Origin: an uncultured delta proteobacterium
GTDB taxonomy: Bacteria > Desulfobacterota > Binatia > UBA9968
Assembly (NCBI GenBank): GCA_963737905.1
Contig: CAVTUQ010000005.1
Location: forward strand, 114,742-178,741
Reading direction: 5' to 3'
DNA length: 64,000 nt
The position numbers and the translations under genes are program-made. Positions 1-9,071 of this stretch are shown piece after piece (position 1 is the stretch's first letter; each line of letters begins with the position of its first letter). A model generated the notes under the pieces. It saw nothing but the letters and a program-made list of their open reading frames with translations, made no database searches and was not told the origin of the DNA.

Positions 1-34
1 TGTAGGCCACCAGATAACGCTTTTAGTTAATCAT

Positions 35-77
35 AAAAAAAGCACCGTCGCCAGTCGCTTATTCCCATTGGCGATGG
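35..77 (-). terminator. Probable intrinsic terminator for the SCO/Cox11-like operon
   Basis: Stem CCGTCGCCA(45-53)/TGGCGATGG(69-77) next to A7 (35-41), which is a U-tract on the minus strand, ~60 nt past the SCO stop. Confidence 0.5.
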
Positions 78-92
78 CCTCGCGGTGAGACC

Positions 93-125
93 TTGAACTG
101 TTTGAACGGCTTGAACGTTTTGAAC
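93..125. repeat. 9-bp-period tandem array (TTGAACnnn x4)
   Basis: TTGAAC at 93, 102, 111, 120. Confidence 0.85.
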
Positions 126-137
126 TTCTAGTTCGCC

Positions 138-746
138 TTAATGAGCGAGTTTCGGTTTCTCTTCCAACAGCGCGGAAGTATCGCGCACCAGATCCTTGAA
201 CTGCCACTTCTCGCCGAAGAAATTAAATCGGCGAATCCCCTGGCGGTCGATCACCGTAGTCAGGCTGGTGTGCTGGACGAGGCCGCGCCCTTTTTTGATC
301 ACTCTGACATCGAAGCCCTTCCATACCTGTTTCAGTTGTGACTCGCTGCCGGTTAAGAAGGCCCAATTTTGAAAATCTGCGCCGTATCGTTGCGCATAGG
401 ATTTAAGAACTTTCGCTGAGTCCACCTCGGGATCGGTGGTGATGCTGACCAAAAACAGGTTGCCGGCATGTTCATTCTTGAGGGTGCGCTGGAGCTGGGC
501 AAAGTTGGCGGTAAACAAGGGGCAGACATCCGTACAGGTGGTGAAAATGAAATTGAGCACGATCACCTTGCCGCGCAAGGTCGTTGAATCAAAGCGATTG
601 CCCTCTTGGTTTAGCAGGACAAAGGCCGGAGCCTTGGTGTTTGGCGTTGCCGAAGTCGGCGGAACTTCTCGTGGAGCGCCGGGCAAATGAGCATGAAGGT
701 CTAATGGAAACAGGACTAGAAATAGCACTGCAAGCAGGGTGCGCAT
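138..746 (-). CDS. SCO1/SenC family copper chaperone
   Basis: FTTCTDVCP (CxxxC) motif, ITTDPEVD, conserved His in VQHTS; signal peptide; start taken at MRTLL. Confidence 0.9.
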   Translation of the reverse strand: MRTLLAVLFLVLFPLDLHAHLPGAPREVPPTSATPNTKAPAFVLLNQEGNRFDSTTLRGKVIVLNFIFTTCTDVCPLFTANFAQLQRTLKNEHAGNLFLVSITTDPEVDSAKVLKSYAQRYGADFQNWAFLTGSESQLKQVWKGFDVRVIKKGRGLVQHTSLTTVIDRQGIRRFNFFGEKWQFKDLVRDTSALLEEKPKLAH

Positions 747-747
747 T

Positions 748-1614
748 TTATTTAAGCAGTCTAAAATCATAGGTCAGGTTTAACTGGTGCACGCCTTCGG
801 GCAAGCCCCCTCTTAAGAGATACCTGGCAAAATATTCTTGCTCTTTTCCCGGCTGCAGGGTGATCGGCAGAAGAAAGCCGCATTCAACGAAATCTAGAAA
901 ATCAGCAACGTCCTGAGGCTCCACCAGATGGCCGATACGAGCGACGACCGGTTGATGGGCGCGATTTTTGACCCTAAGAAGAATTTCAAATAGGTCTCCA
1001 GGTTGGACCACCACTTCGCTCTTGGATAAAGCTACGTCCAAATCCGCCGCATCGGCGAGCTCAAGCCGCAAGGGTATTTTAACGCCGGACGACCAATTGA
1101 GAAAAATCCGCCACTCATTGCCTTCTTTGACTAGTTCGAGTTTTTCCTCAAGTTCGATCATCTCGAAAGATCCGTCCCGTTTCTTTTTCTCCCAAGACTC
1201 GATCAGCTGCCTGCGCTCATCGACGGATATTGCGTTCAACCGCCGGGGATCCAAATTAAAAAGTTGCGCGGGCTCGGGAATGCCAATCTTGGTGACTGCC
1301 TCGATCCGGTCGGGCGCCAGTTGTTTTTGAGCCGGCTTGGTTTCGATGAAACTAGCCAGTTTTCTTGACGCTTCCAGGGCGAAACCCATAAAAGCGCCCC
1401 GTTGCTGCGCGTATCGACTCAAATCTCTGACACGCTGGTCGGCGGTGGAAATGTAACGGTAAGCCTCGATGTAATCGCGGGCGTAAGTCGCGCGCAAATA
1501 GCTTTGGATGACCAGCGCGGGATCGCCGAGGTTGGCTTGCTGCTCGGCGGCTTTTAATTTTGGACCGGCTGCGACGACCAGAAAGATTGTGACGATGGCT
1601 GCCAGCAGTTTCAT
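748..1614 (-). CDS. Exported protein, NTF2-like N-terminal domain plus CtaG/Cox11-like C-terminal domain
   Basis: C-terminus (VKNRAHQPVVARIGHLVEP...VECGFLLPITLQPGKEQE) follows the Cox11 pattern but has one Cys where Cox11 has CFC; paralog of the next gene. Confidence 0.6.
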   Translation of the reverse strand: MKLLAAIVTIFLVVAAGPKLKAAEQQANLGDPALVIQSYLRATYARDYIEAYRYISTADQRVRDLSRYAQQRGAFMGFALEASRKLASFIETKPAQKQLAPDRIEAVTKIGIPEPAQLFNLDPRRLNAISVDERRQLIESWEKKKRDGSFEMIELEEKLELVKEGNEWRIFLNWSSGVKIPLRLELADAADLDVALSKSEVVVQPGDLFEILLRVKNRAHQPVVARIGHLVEPQDVADFLDFVECGFLLPITLQPGKEQEYFARYLLRGGLPEGVHQLNLTYDFRLLK

Positions 1615-2612
1615 TATAAGTTGTCGCGTGTTGTGGAGGTTGTTGCTTTTGCGGCATTCCGTCGTGGCGTAGTTGTCTTGGAATATGCGCTAGGGGGCGT
1701 CGGGAAGGGCTCGAGCTTGAATTCATAGCTAATGCCGATCGTGCTACCGGTTGCCAATCCGTCTTTGATCAAATAAGCGCTTGAGATCTCTTGAACGTCG
1801 CCGGGTTGAAGCTCAAGTGGTCGAAGGGCGCCGCAGGCGATCATGTCAATATTATTTTCCATGTCCTGCGGCTCTATGTGATGGACAATCCGCGCCACAA
1901 TCGGCTGTTTACTCCGGTTCTTGATCTTGAGATCGACCTGGAAGGGCTCGTCTTTTTTCACGATGAGCTCACTTTGGACGAATCGAGCTTGTACTTCGCT
2001 CGACGCCGCCGAATCGACTTTGAACGTGACTTTGATTCCCGACGCCCAATCGAGAAATACCTTCCAACCACCCTTATCCGAGATCAGATCAAATGTCTCC
2101 TGGCCCTCGATCATGATCATCTTGCCATCTTTCTTTACTTTCCCCAAGGTTTGGAGCAGCTGTTCTTGGCGCGGCCGTGAAAGCGCATTGAGCTTCTCCG
2201 GATCCCAATCGAACAGAAGGGAAGACAGCTCATCGGCGGTGGGGACTTTGTAACCAACCTTGTAGTGAGCGAGGTCGGGGCTTAGCTGCTTCTCGATAAC
2301 CCAGACCTCCATGCTCGCGGCGAGCGTTTGCGCTAGCTCAAGAGCAAAGCCGGTAAAGCCCCCGGACTGTGAAGCATAACTCTTTTCATTCCACGCAAGT
2401 TGGTCCCGGGAGGAAATGTATCGATAGGCGGTTTGGTAATCGCGAGCGTAGCTTGCCTTGAGATAAGCTTTGACGACGTCAAAAGGTTTTTCCTGAGGAG
2501 GCTTTGCGCCGGCCGGATTGAAGTAAAGGATCGCTCCGATCAGGAATGTGAAAACCGCAGCACCGGCGAGAAGAACCGACGGCCGGGAAACTTTGCGCTT
2601 TGTCTCAATCAT
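1614..2612 (-). CDS. Membrane-anchored paralog, NTF2-like plus CtaG/Cox11-like domain
   Basis: Shares YL(K/R)A(S/T)YARDY..AYRYIS..D and KNR..QP(I/V)VARI.H..EP with 748..1614; IACGAL at the Cys site; start taken at MIETKRK before the TM helix. Confidence 0.6.
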   Translation of the reverse strand: MIETKRKVSRPSVLLAGAAVFTFLIGAILYFNPAGAKPPQEKPFDVVKAYLKASYARDYQTAYRYISSRDQLAWNEKSYASQSGGFTGFALELAQTLAASMEVWVIEKQLSPDLAHYKVGYKVPTADELSSLLFDWDPEKLNALSRPRQEQLLQTLGKVKKDGKMIMIEGQETFDLISDKGGWKVFLDWASGIKVTFKVDSAASSEVQARFVQSELIVKKDEPFQVDLKIKNRSKQPIVARIVHHIEPQDMENNIDMIACGALRPLELQPGDVQEISSAYLIKDGLATGSTIGISYEFKLEPFPTPPSAYSKTTTPRRNAAKATTSTTRDNL

Positions 2613-2836
2613 TTTTTGATGAGGGTTGACGTAGAGTTCAGTATTAGAATTATATCGCAACGCGATTCTACCCATTCTCCCCGGCTCAAACAACACCGGG
2701 TCAAAGTGTCTTTGGCGGCGATTGGTCATTCCAGAAGACAAAGACAGGCAAGGCTAGCAAACGCCGGAAATTTTCAACCATGATATAATGCCAACAGAAC
2801 TGCCCCTGCTTAAGGGCATAAAGATACCTGAAAAAA

Positions 2837-3049
2837 ATGGTCAATGCTTGCGCAAAAATCGCCTTTTTACTTGTTCTTCTGGTGTGCGTGCTATCGGCTT
2901 GCGCACAAATCAAAGAGGCGGGTCGAACCATTGGTCACACGACTCGGGATGTCACGAGAGAAATAGGTCATGGTACCCGTGACGCGGCGAAAGCTGTTGG
3001 CGAGGGAGTAAAAAAGGTCGTGAAATCAGCGACTGGCGACGAGGACTAG
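2837..3049 (+). CDS. Small lipoprotein with 11-residue amphipathic repeats
   Basis: Lipobox LSAC; IGHTTRDVTRE/IGHGTRDAAKA repeats. Confidence 0.7.
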   Translation: MVNACAKIAFLLVLLVCVLSACAQIKEAGRTIGHTTRDVTREIGHGTRDAAKAVGEGVKKVVKSATGDED

Positions 3050-3200
3050 ATCTCCAGTCACTGAATAGACGCATGTCATTGCCACAATGAAGTCAGATAC
3101 CGAGTGGTTTATGATTTTGAGGCCGCCGTTGAACGGCAGGGCCCGACCGCTCGCCATGCGAACGGCCGGGTGCTCGAGGTCAGGCTGCGACGTGAGAGAA

Positions 3201-3668
3201 CTATCTCTTGCGCAGATCTTGATGAAGCTCGCGACGGGCTGATTCCAGCTGCGTTTGGTCTTGCCGAAGGTCGCTTCGGTCGCTGCGGATCTCTCTTAAG
3301 TCACCGCGGATCTCTTCTCTGCTGGCGCCATTGCGTCGGTCTTTTCTCAGCTCCTGATAATCCCCGCGCAACTCCTGGCGGCCCTGTTTGACTTCATTGC
3401 GGGCATTGCGAATATCTTTGAAATCCTGTCGAATCTCAGGCTTATTATGATGCCCACGGTTGTCATGACGAACATCGCGCCGGTAGTGATTGTCATATCG
3501 TCCGCGATGATCCCGTCCGTGGTAGCCGTCGCGCCTCCCGTGATCACCTTTCCACTTGCTGTGAGAATATTCCTTTCCGTCCTTAGTGTCGGCGGTCGCA
3601 GATACTGCTGGGATAACTAGAACCCCCGTAACCATTGCGCTCAAAATGATCGTTCGTAGATTTTTCAT
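3201..3668 (-). CDS. Secreted His/Arg/Asp-rich protein with heptad coiled-coil repeats
   Basis: AGGAGA SD before MKNLR; signal peptide; DHRGRYD/HDNRGHH region, then (E/D)LRxDxx heptads. Confidence 0.75.
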   Translation of the reverse strand: MKNLRTIILSAMVTGVLVIPAVSATADTKDGKEYSHSKWKGDHGRRDGYHGRDHRGRYDNHYRRDVRHDNRGHHNKPEIRQDFKDIRNARNEVKQGRQELRGDYQELRKDRRNGASREEIRGDLREIRSDRSDLRQDQTQLESARRELHQDLRKR

Positions 3669-3711
3669 ATCCATTCTCCTTTTCTTGTTAGGGCCGTAGT
3701 TAAGTAAACCC

Positions 3712-3987
3712 CTAGCGTCGGTAATCGTCGTCTTCTTGACCTTGGATGTAGTTACCAATCAGCGCGCCTGCCCCCAGGCCAACCGCCCCGCCGATGGCTG
3801 CGCCGGCTCCGGGATGACCTTTGGCGCTGCCGATAGCTCCGCCAACGGCTGCGCCGCCGAGAGCGCCGATGCCTGCGCCTTTTTCCCGTGCGGTCAGGGG
3901 TCCGCCGGCACAGCCGGCAGCGGCCATGGCGGTCAGACCGATGGCAACGATCGAGGTCGAGAAGTTGAGTCTCTTTTTGTTGTTCAT
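3712..3987 (-). CDS. Glycine-zipper lipoprotein
   Basis: AGGAGA SD; lipobox AAGC; GAGIGALGGAAVGGAIG...GAAIGGAVGLGAGALIG. Confidence 0.85.
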   Translation of the reverse strand: MNNKKRLNFSTSIVAIGLTAMAAAGCAGGPLTAREKGAGIGALGGAAVGGAIGSAKGHPGAGAAIGGAVGLGAGALIGNYIQGQEDDDYRR

Positions 3988-4035
3988 GTTTTCTCCTTTC
4001 GTATTTTTTGAACGTTTCATTTGGATCGCGAGCAG

Positions 4036-4051
4036 AGCAACGCAAATGCCA
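4036..4051 (-). promoter_or_regulatory. Sigma54 (-24/-12) promoter
   Basis: Minus strand TGGCATTTGCGTTGCT, exact GG-N10-GC spacing, ~50 nt upstream of the 3987 start. Confidence 0.7.
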
Positions 4052-4190
4052 CCGCGCCGAAAGGGGCTAACTCACTGATCTTGCCCAGGTCACACTGGAA
4101 CCGGCTTAAAAACCGCTCAGTAAAAATTACCTGTCACAAGTGAAAATGTGAGGATTAAGTGGTGGGTTCCCTGGACTGACTTAGAATCCA

Positions 4191-4229
4191 GACCGTAAAA
4201 TTAAATGACACCCTAACAATTTTACCGTC
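4191..4229. promoter_or_regulatory. Inverted repeat, candidate enhancer (bEBP UAS) between divergent sigma54 promoters
   Basis: GACcGTAAAATT-N15-AATTTTACcGTC. Confidence 0.45.
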
Positions 4230-4301
4230 CTAGCTGGCCTTTACAGGCACGAGAAAAACCGAAACCCTCCATTTTCTTACCTGATTGGTAAATCTTTGCT
4301 T

Positions 4302-4317
4302 TGGCTTAGAAATTGCC
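4302..4317 (+). promoter_or_regulatory. Sigma54 (-24/-12) promoter
   Basis: TGGCTTAGAAATTGCC, GG-N10-GC. Confidence 0.55.
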
Positions 4318-4331
4318 TTGACACTTGCCAT

Positions 4332-4760
4332 ATGAAACCAGAGAGAAGTCGGCTTAATCTTTTTTTGGTTGTTTGTTTGCTGCCCTTGCTAACCGGTTGC
4401 GCGGCCGTAGGGTTGACTCTCTTTGGTGTCGGCGCCGGAGTCGCCACAGGCACCACGGTTTCCTATACGCTGGACGGGATTGCTTACCGTACGTTCACTG
4501 TGCCCTTGCCCAAAGTCGAGAACGCCACACGCACAGCTCTAAATCAAATGGGCATAAAGGTTGATGCGACAGCGAAGACCGAGCAAGGAAAAGCCATCTC
4601 AGCCAGCGCAAACGATCGACAGATCGAGATCGAATTTGAAGCGGTCAGTTCCAAGACGACGAGAATGCGCACGGTTGCTAAACAAGGATTATTTTTTAAA
4701 GACAGGGCCACAGCGGCGGAGATTATCATGCAAACAGAAAAGGTGTTGGGTCTGAGCTGA
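4332..4760 (+). CDS. DUF3568-like lipoprotein
   Basis: Lipobox LTGC, Gly/Ala-rich linker, C-terminal alpha/beta domain ending FFKDRATAAEII. Confidence 0.7.
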   Translation: MKPERSRLNLFLVVCLLPLLTGCAAVGLTLFGVGAGVATGTTVSYTLDGIAYRTFTVPLPKVENATRTALNQMGIKVDATAKTEQGKAISASANDRQIEIEFEAVSSKTTRMRTVAKQGLFFKDRATAAEIIMQTEKVLGLS

Positions 4761-4890
4761 ACGTGCTCACGCAAAATCATAATGAAAATAAAAGCTCCAT
4801 TCGTTACAGCTGCTACAGCCTAAGTTCTGAAATCTTTACTGATGCTGCCTCCACGTTGAATAGACAGAGCAATTAGAGGGTAAGAAAACT

Positions 4891-5331
4891 ATGAAAATTT
4901 TTAAGAATTCGTTGATTACCATGCAAGCTACGCTTTTGTTCGTGGCTTTCCTTTGGATTCATTTGTTCGGGGTCGCGGCGGCGTTGGCGTCGGACAAGGA
5001 CCGGCCGGCGCACTTTCTTCCGGAAGAGAGGACGATAATTTACGAGTACTATCACCGAGGGTCGCCGTCGAAGGGTCTGCCGCCAGGATTGGCGAAGAAA
5101 GGCAAGCTGCCACCTGGGTTACAGAAACACTTGGACAAAAATGGGAAGCTCCCGCCAGGACTACAGAAACGGCTAGAGCCTCTTCCACGGGATCTGGAAG
5201 TGCGGCTACCGCGCTTACCCGATTATTGGGAAAGAGTCATTCTTCAGGAACATGTCGTTCTGATCGACCGCCGCACCCAGCGAATATTAGACATCATTGA
5301 GAACGTGATTGGGCTAGCGACGGGAAGTTAG
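4891..5331 (+). CDS. Exported PPGLAKK-repeat protein (RcnB/CigR-like)
   Basis: Three LPPGL(A/Q)K repeats, then an RcnB-like tail (PLPRDLEVRLP...VVLIDRRTQRILDII). Confidence 0.7.
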   Translation: MKIFKNSLITMQATLLFVAFLWIHLFGVAAALASDKDRPAHFLPEERTIIYEYYHRGSPSKGLPPGLAKKGKLPPGLQKHLDKNGKLPPGLQKRLEPLPRDLEVRLPRLPDYWERVILQEHVVLIDRRTQRILDIIENVIGLATGS

Positions 5332-5437
5332 ATATTCTACTTCCGAGGCAGCGGCTAACCTACCCGTGGTCTGTTTTTTTGTCCCACTCGGTGATCCTAG
5401 CGACACTGCACCAAGTCCAAAAGGGCGGACTGTTTCT

Positions 5438-6007
5438 TCATAGAGGCGCTCCGGCTTTTTTCAGCCCTTCACGGGCGCGCTCTGAAGTCATCGGCCCGAT
5501 GACGACATCGCGGATCGTGCCCTGGGCGTCAATGAAAAATGTCGCAGGCGGGCCGAAGATACGATAGGCCCGCTTGACCGTGCTATTCAGGTCCAAGGCG
5601 ATGGGAAAGACGAGTCCGGCTTCTATGGCATATTCCGTCACGGCGGCGCGAGTGTCTTCGACGGCAATGCCCAGCACCGCGTAACCGTCCTTGCTCGCCT
5701 TGGATGCGAGCCCGTTTATCAGCGGCATTTCCTCCCGGCAGGGATCGCACCAGCTTGCGAAGAAGTTCATCATCAGGGGTCTGCCGCGAAGCGTATCGAG
5801 CCCAATGGGTTTACCATCGAGAGTTCTCAACTCAAAACCGATGGCGGTGCTGCCAACGGTAGGTGCAGATTTTTGGCCGACTTGGGGGATACCTTGCGTC
5901 CAACCGGCGCTCGGATGCAGCGCAAGATCCATCGGAAAACATAACAACGCAAACCATCCGGCGATGGAGATCAAACGCTTCGTCATTTCCCGCACCGATG
6001 GCATCAT
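5438..6007 (-). CDS. TlpA/ResA-family thiol-disulfide oxidoreductase
   Basis: NFFASWCDPCREEMP; GPPATFFID; ATGA overlap with the upstream gene. Confidence 0.9.
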   Translation of the reverse strand: MMPSVREMTKRLISIAGWFALLCFPMDLALHPSAGWTQGIPQVGQKSAPTVGSTAIGFELRTLDGKPIGLDTLRGRPLMMNFFASWCDPCREEMPLINGLASKASKDGYAVLGIAVEDTRAAVTEYAIEAGLVFPIALDLNSTVKRAYRIFGPPATFFIDAQGTIRDVVIGPMTSERAREGLKKAGAPL

Positions 6008-7350
6008 TGTTTCTCTACTCTCGCGTTTTTTAGGACTACCCATGAGTCTTCTCCATCGGTTTCTGTCCAGGCGACATGGAGTTGATGATTGGAAAGCGCC
6101 AACGCCGGCCGGTTGGCATTACCTTTCGCCTGGCTGATTTGCTGGACCGGACTCCACGTCTTGCCGTCCGGAGCGAGACTGCGGACGAAAATCTGCGACT
6201 TGCTCGCTCCATCCAAGTTATCCCATGCAAAATAGACCCGACCGTCTTCGGCTACCGCCATCGTCGTGTGGAGTATCTCAGCGGCCGTGTTGGCATGAAT
6301 CAGTTGCCGCGGCGCGAAGCTTCGACCGCCGTCTTTCGAGACGGTGTAGTAAAGGCCGGCCTCGCTGACCGAACGGCCCAGGGTAAACCAAGTCACGTGG
6401 AGATAGCCACGGGCGTCCCGACCGATGGTGGGACCGGAGTGTGGACAAGACGGGACCTGCCAGCCATCGTCGCTGATCTCAACCGGCGCGCCGAAGGTCG
6501 CGCCGCCATCGGTTGATTGCCGCAAAACGTGGTTGCGAATTTGATTTTTGTCAACCTGGCGATCCACCATATATACGGTCTTGCCGGCATCGGCGAAGGC
6601 GATGCCCAGCCGGCAGCATTCGCACAACCCTTCGCCTACCTTGTAGCTTGCCGTCAGGCGTTGGCCCGTGGCGCCGATGCGCATCAAATAAAGCGAGCGA
6701 GGAATCGGGTTGTCGACTCGGCGATCGATCCAAGCCACCAACAACGTATTATCCGGCGCAACTTCGACGATCGGAAAGCGCGCTGTGTCTTTGATTTCGT
6801 TGAGAGTCTCGGCTGGCGTGAAGCCGCCCTTTCCGTCTTCCATTGCGAAACGAATATTGGCGCGTGTCTTGTCGCCTTTTTCGTTGGGGATCGACCACAC
6901 CACATAAGCTTTGTTGTCGGGTCCGAAAGCGACCCTGGGCCCGCCTTCCTCTCCCTCGATCGCTTCCAAGAGGCCGTTGATTTGTCTGGGACGCGACCAA
7001 GTCTTGCCGTTATCGGCGGAAGAAGCCAGCAAAGCCATGCGCATCGGTGAGGCAGGCCTTTTCATGCGGGAGTCGTGCTGATGAGCGGGCGATAGCTTGG
7101 CTTGAGGCTGCGGCCGGTCGTCGTCTTCCGTCCAGACGGCGAACAATCGGCCGTCGGGCGCATACCGCAGGAAAGGCGTCGATGGATTCTGCTCGTTTTT
7201 CCCGAGCCGTTGCTCCGGTCCGAAGCTGCTTTCGATGGGTTGACGAGCATTGCCCGGCACGACGAGATCCGAGCCGCAGCCAAAGAGCATCAGACTGAAT
7301 ATAAGCGGACCTGCAATAATGGCAAGAATTCGGGTGAATTGTGTGTGCAT
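6004..7350 (-). CDS. BNR/Asp-box (sialidase-like) beta-propeller lipoprotein with CECC and CPHSGP motifs
   Basis: Asp-boxes SADNGKTW, STDGGATF, SKDGGRSF; GLCECCR; SCPHSGP; lipobox LFGC. Confidence 0.8.
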   Translation of the reverse strand: MHTQFTRILAIIAGPLIFSLMLFGCGSDLVVPGNARQPIESSFGPEQRLGKNEQNPSTPFLRYAPDGRLFAVWTEDDDRPQPQAKLSPAHQHDSRMKRPASPMRMALLASSADNGKTWSRPRQINGLLEAIEGEEGGPRVAFGPDNKAYVVWSIPNEKGDKTRANIRFAMEDGKGGFTPAETLNEIKDTARFPIVEVAPDNTLLVAWIDRRVDNPIPRSLYLMRIGATGQRLTASYKVGEGLCECCRLGIAFADAGKTVYMVDRQVDKNQIRNHVLRQSTDGGATFGAPVEISDDGWQVPSCPHSGPTIGRDARGYLHVTWFTLGRSVSEAGLYYTVSKDGGRSFAPRQLIHANTAAEILHTTMAVAEDGRVYFAWDNLDGASKSQIFVRSLAPDGKTWSPVQQISQAKGNANRPALALSNHQLHVAWTETDGEDSWVVLKNARVEKQ

Positions 7351-7377
7351 GATTAGCCTCCTAGTTTCGGCGAATTG

Positions 7378-7794
7378 TCACTTGGTTGTGAAAGTGACTT
7401 TGTCCGTAGCGGCGAGCTCCGTCTTATGATCCTCTGTGGCGACCCTTAGTTCAAGCGTATGTTGACCCGGTTTGATCCCATTTAAGGTCCCTTTCTCGGT
7501 TTGGAACATGCCCATCATCTCCCCGTCGACATAGGCATGCACATGCTCGCCCCGTTTACCTTTAGTGAGCTTGAATTCAAGCGGTACCTTATCGCCCGTG
7601 ATCATTTGGCCAGCTTTAGGTGAGATGATCTTTACGCTGGCACCTTCCGCCGGCTGGAGGGTGGATTTATCCGGCATTTTATCGGCGTGCTTCATCGGCA
7701 TATCCATGCCTTTCATGTGGTCTTGAGCCACTGTTGCGATGGGAGTGGAAAAAATCCATGCCGTCGCGACGATTGTAATAAGTGAGTTTTTCAT
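7378..7794 (-). CDS. Periplasmic His/Met-rich protein (HVHAYVDG Ig-like domain, DUF4399/DUF6130-like)
   Basis: Signal peptide; DHMKGMDMPMKH linker; domain 67/93 identical by manual count to the C-terminus of the upstream CopD. Confidence 0.7.
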   Translation of the reverse strand: MKNSLITIVATAWIFSTPIATVAQDHMKGMDMPMKHADKMPDKSTLQPAEGASVKIISPKAGQMITGDKVPLEFKLTKGKRGEHVHAYVDGEMMGMFQTEKGTLNGIKPGQHTLELRVATEDHKTELAATDKVTFTTK

Positions 7795-7811
7795 TGTGTC
7801 TCCTCTTCTTT

Positions 7812-9065
7812 TTATTTGACTATGAATTCAACGCGGTCTCGTGCATCCAATTCGGTTTGATGATCTTCGGTAACCACCCGAAGCTCCAAGATATGAGACC
7901 CCGGTCCAATACCATTCAAGGTTCCTTGCTTCCCTGTGAACATGCCCATTAACTCGCCGTCGATGTAGGCGTGAACGTGATAGCCACGTTTGCCCTTGGT
8001 TAATTTGAAACGTAACGGGACTCTGTCCCCCGTAAAAACTTGCTCCGCTTTGGGAGAAATGATCTCAACACCGGCGCCTTCCGCGGGTTTTAGTAACGGG
8101 GTGCTAGGCGCGGCGCTGGATGATGCGTTCGCGAGGGCGTTCTGATGTACGGCATGAACGCCGGGTGGAAGCACGGTGAGCAGCCCAGTTACGAAAAAAA
8201 CCAGCAAGGCGAGGAAGCTTTCCGCGCCGATCCGCCTCAAAGCTCTGGGCGCCAGGGAAAGGTCATTGACATTTCCACGGGCGGCTCGAAGGAGCGCGGG
8301 ACCTGTGGCAAGAAAGTTGAGCGCGCCGAATCCGAGCATCGTGATGAATAGGACCAGCTTGAGTAAGAGCACTCGACCGTAGTCAGTGCCGAACAGCGTC
8401 CGTAGATTGCCGACCTGAATCCAACTCTGGTAGAGACCGGTAAGAACAAGAACTGCGACGCTGCCAAGGGCGAGCCGGGAAAAACGACGGATCATCTCTG
8501 CCGTCCAGGACAAAGGAAGAGTCATTTTTTTAATGCCACGATGGAGAATCCAGAAAAGCGCCAACAGGCCGCCGCCCCAAAGCCCTGTGGCAATCAGATG
8601 GGCGGCATCGGCCGCCACGACGACCATCGTATCCTCCTTCACAGCGACGGCATGACTAGTAAAGCTGCGGCCTGCTACGAGCGGGAGAGCAAGAAAGAAA
8701 ACGCAGCGTATTGCTTTTACGCTCGCCGCCTTTCTCGCGAACCAGAATAGGATAACCACCAAGGCGGCGCCGTAGACTTCCCGTAAGAGCCAGACTTTGC
8801 CGCTTTGAGTCATGAAGAGGTAGCGAGAAAGAACGTCCAGGGACGGTACAGCACCCCGTTGGAGCTTTGCGCCTTGTATCACTAGGGAGACCATGGCGAT
8901 TATTAGGAAAGCGGCGGTCATGTACGCGCCTGAGAACGTCAGCGTTTGTCTCAGTTCTTTGGGTTCTCCGCCCGGCAGCAGAAAGCCCGCTGTGACGAGA
9001 ACGCCGAGCAGAAACCCGAGGACGGCGTAGCCCATCCCTGAGACGATTGCTTCTAACGAGAGCAT
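7812..9065 (-). CDS. copD: CopD-family membrane protein fused to a C-terminal His-containing soluble domain
   Basis: SHA...AHLIATGLWGGGL...RFSRLA...TGLYQSW...TDYGRVLLLKL CopD signature. Confidence 0.85.
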   Translation of the reverse strand: MLSLEAIVSGMGYAVLGFLLGVLVTAGFLLPGGEPKELRQTLTFSGAYMTAAFLIIAMVSLVIQGAKLQRGAVPSLDVLSRYLFMTQSGKVWLLREVYGAALVVILFWFARKAASVKAIRCVFFLALPLVAGRSFTSHAVAVKEDTMVVVAADAAHLIATGLWGGGLLALFWILHRGIKKMTLPLSWTAEMIRRFSRLALGSVAVLVLTGLYQSWIQVGNLRTLFGTDYGRVLLLKLVLFITMLGFGALNFLATGPALLRAARGNVNDLSLAPRALRRIGAESFLALLVFFVTGLLTVLPPGVHAVHQNALANASSSAAPSTPLLKPAEGAGVEIISPKAEQVFTGDRVPLRFKLTKGKRGYHVHAYIDGELMGMFTGKQGTLNGIGPGSHILELRVVTEDHQTELDARDRVEFIVK

Positions 9066-9071
9066 GAGCCG

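Noticed and set aside
2775-2795. Sigma54 promoter for the Cox11-like operon (TGGCATTATATCATGG)
   Set aside because: No GC at the required GG-N10 position
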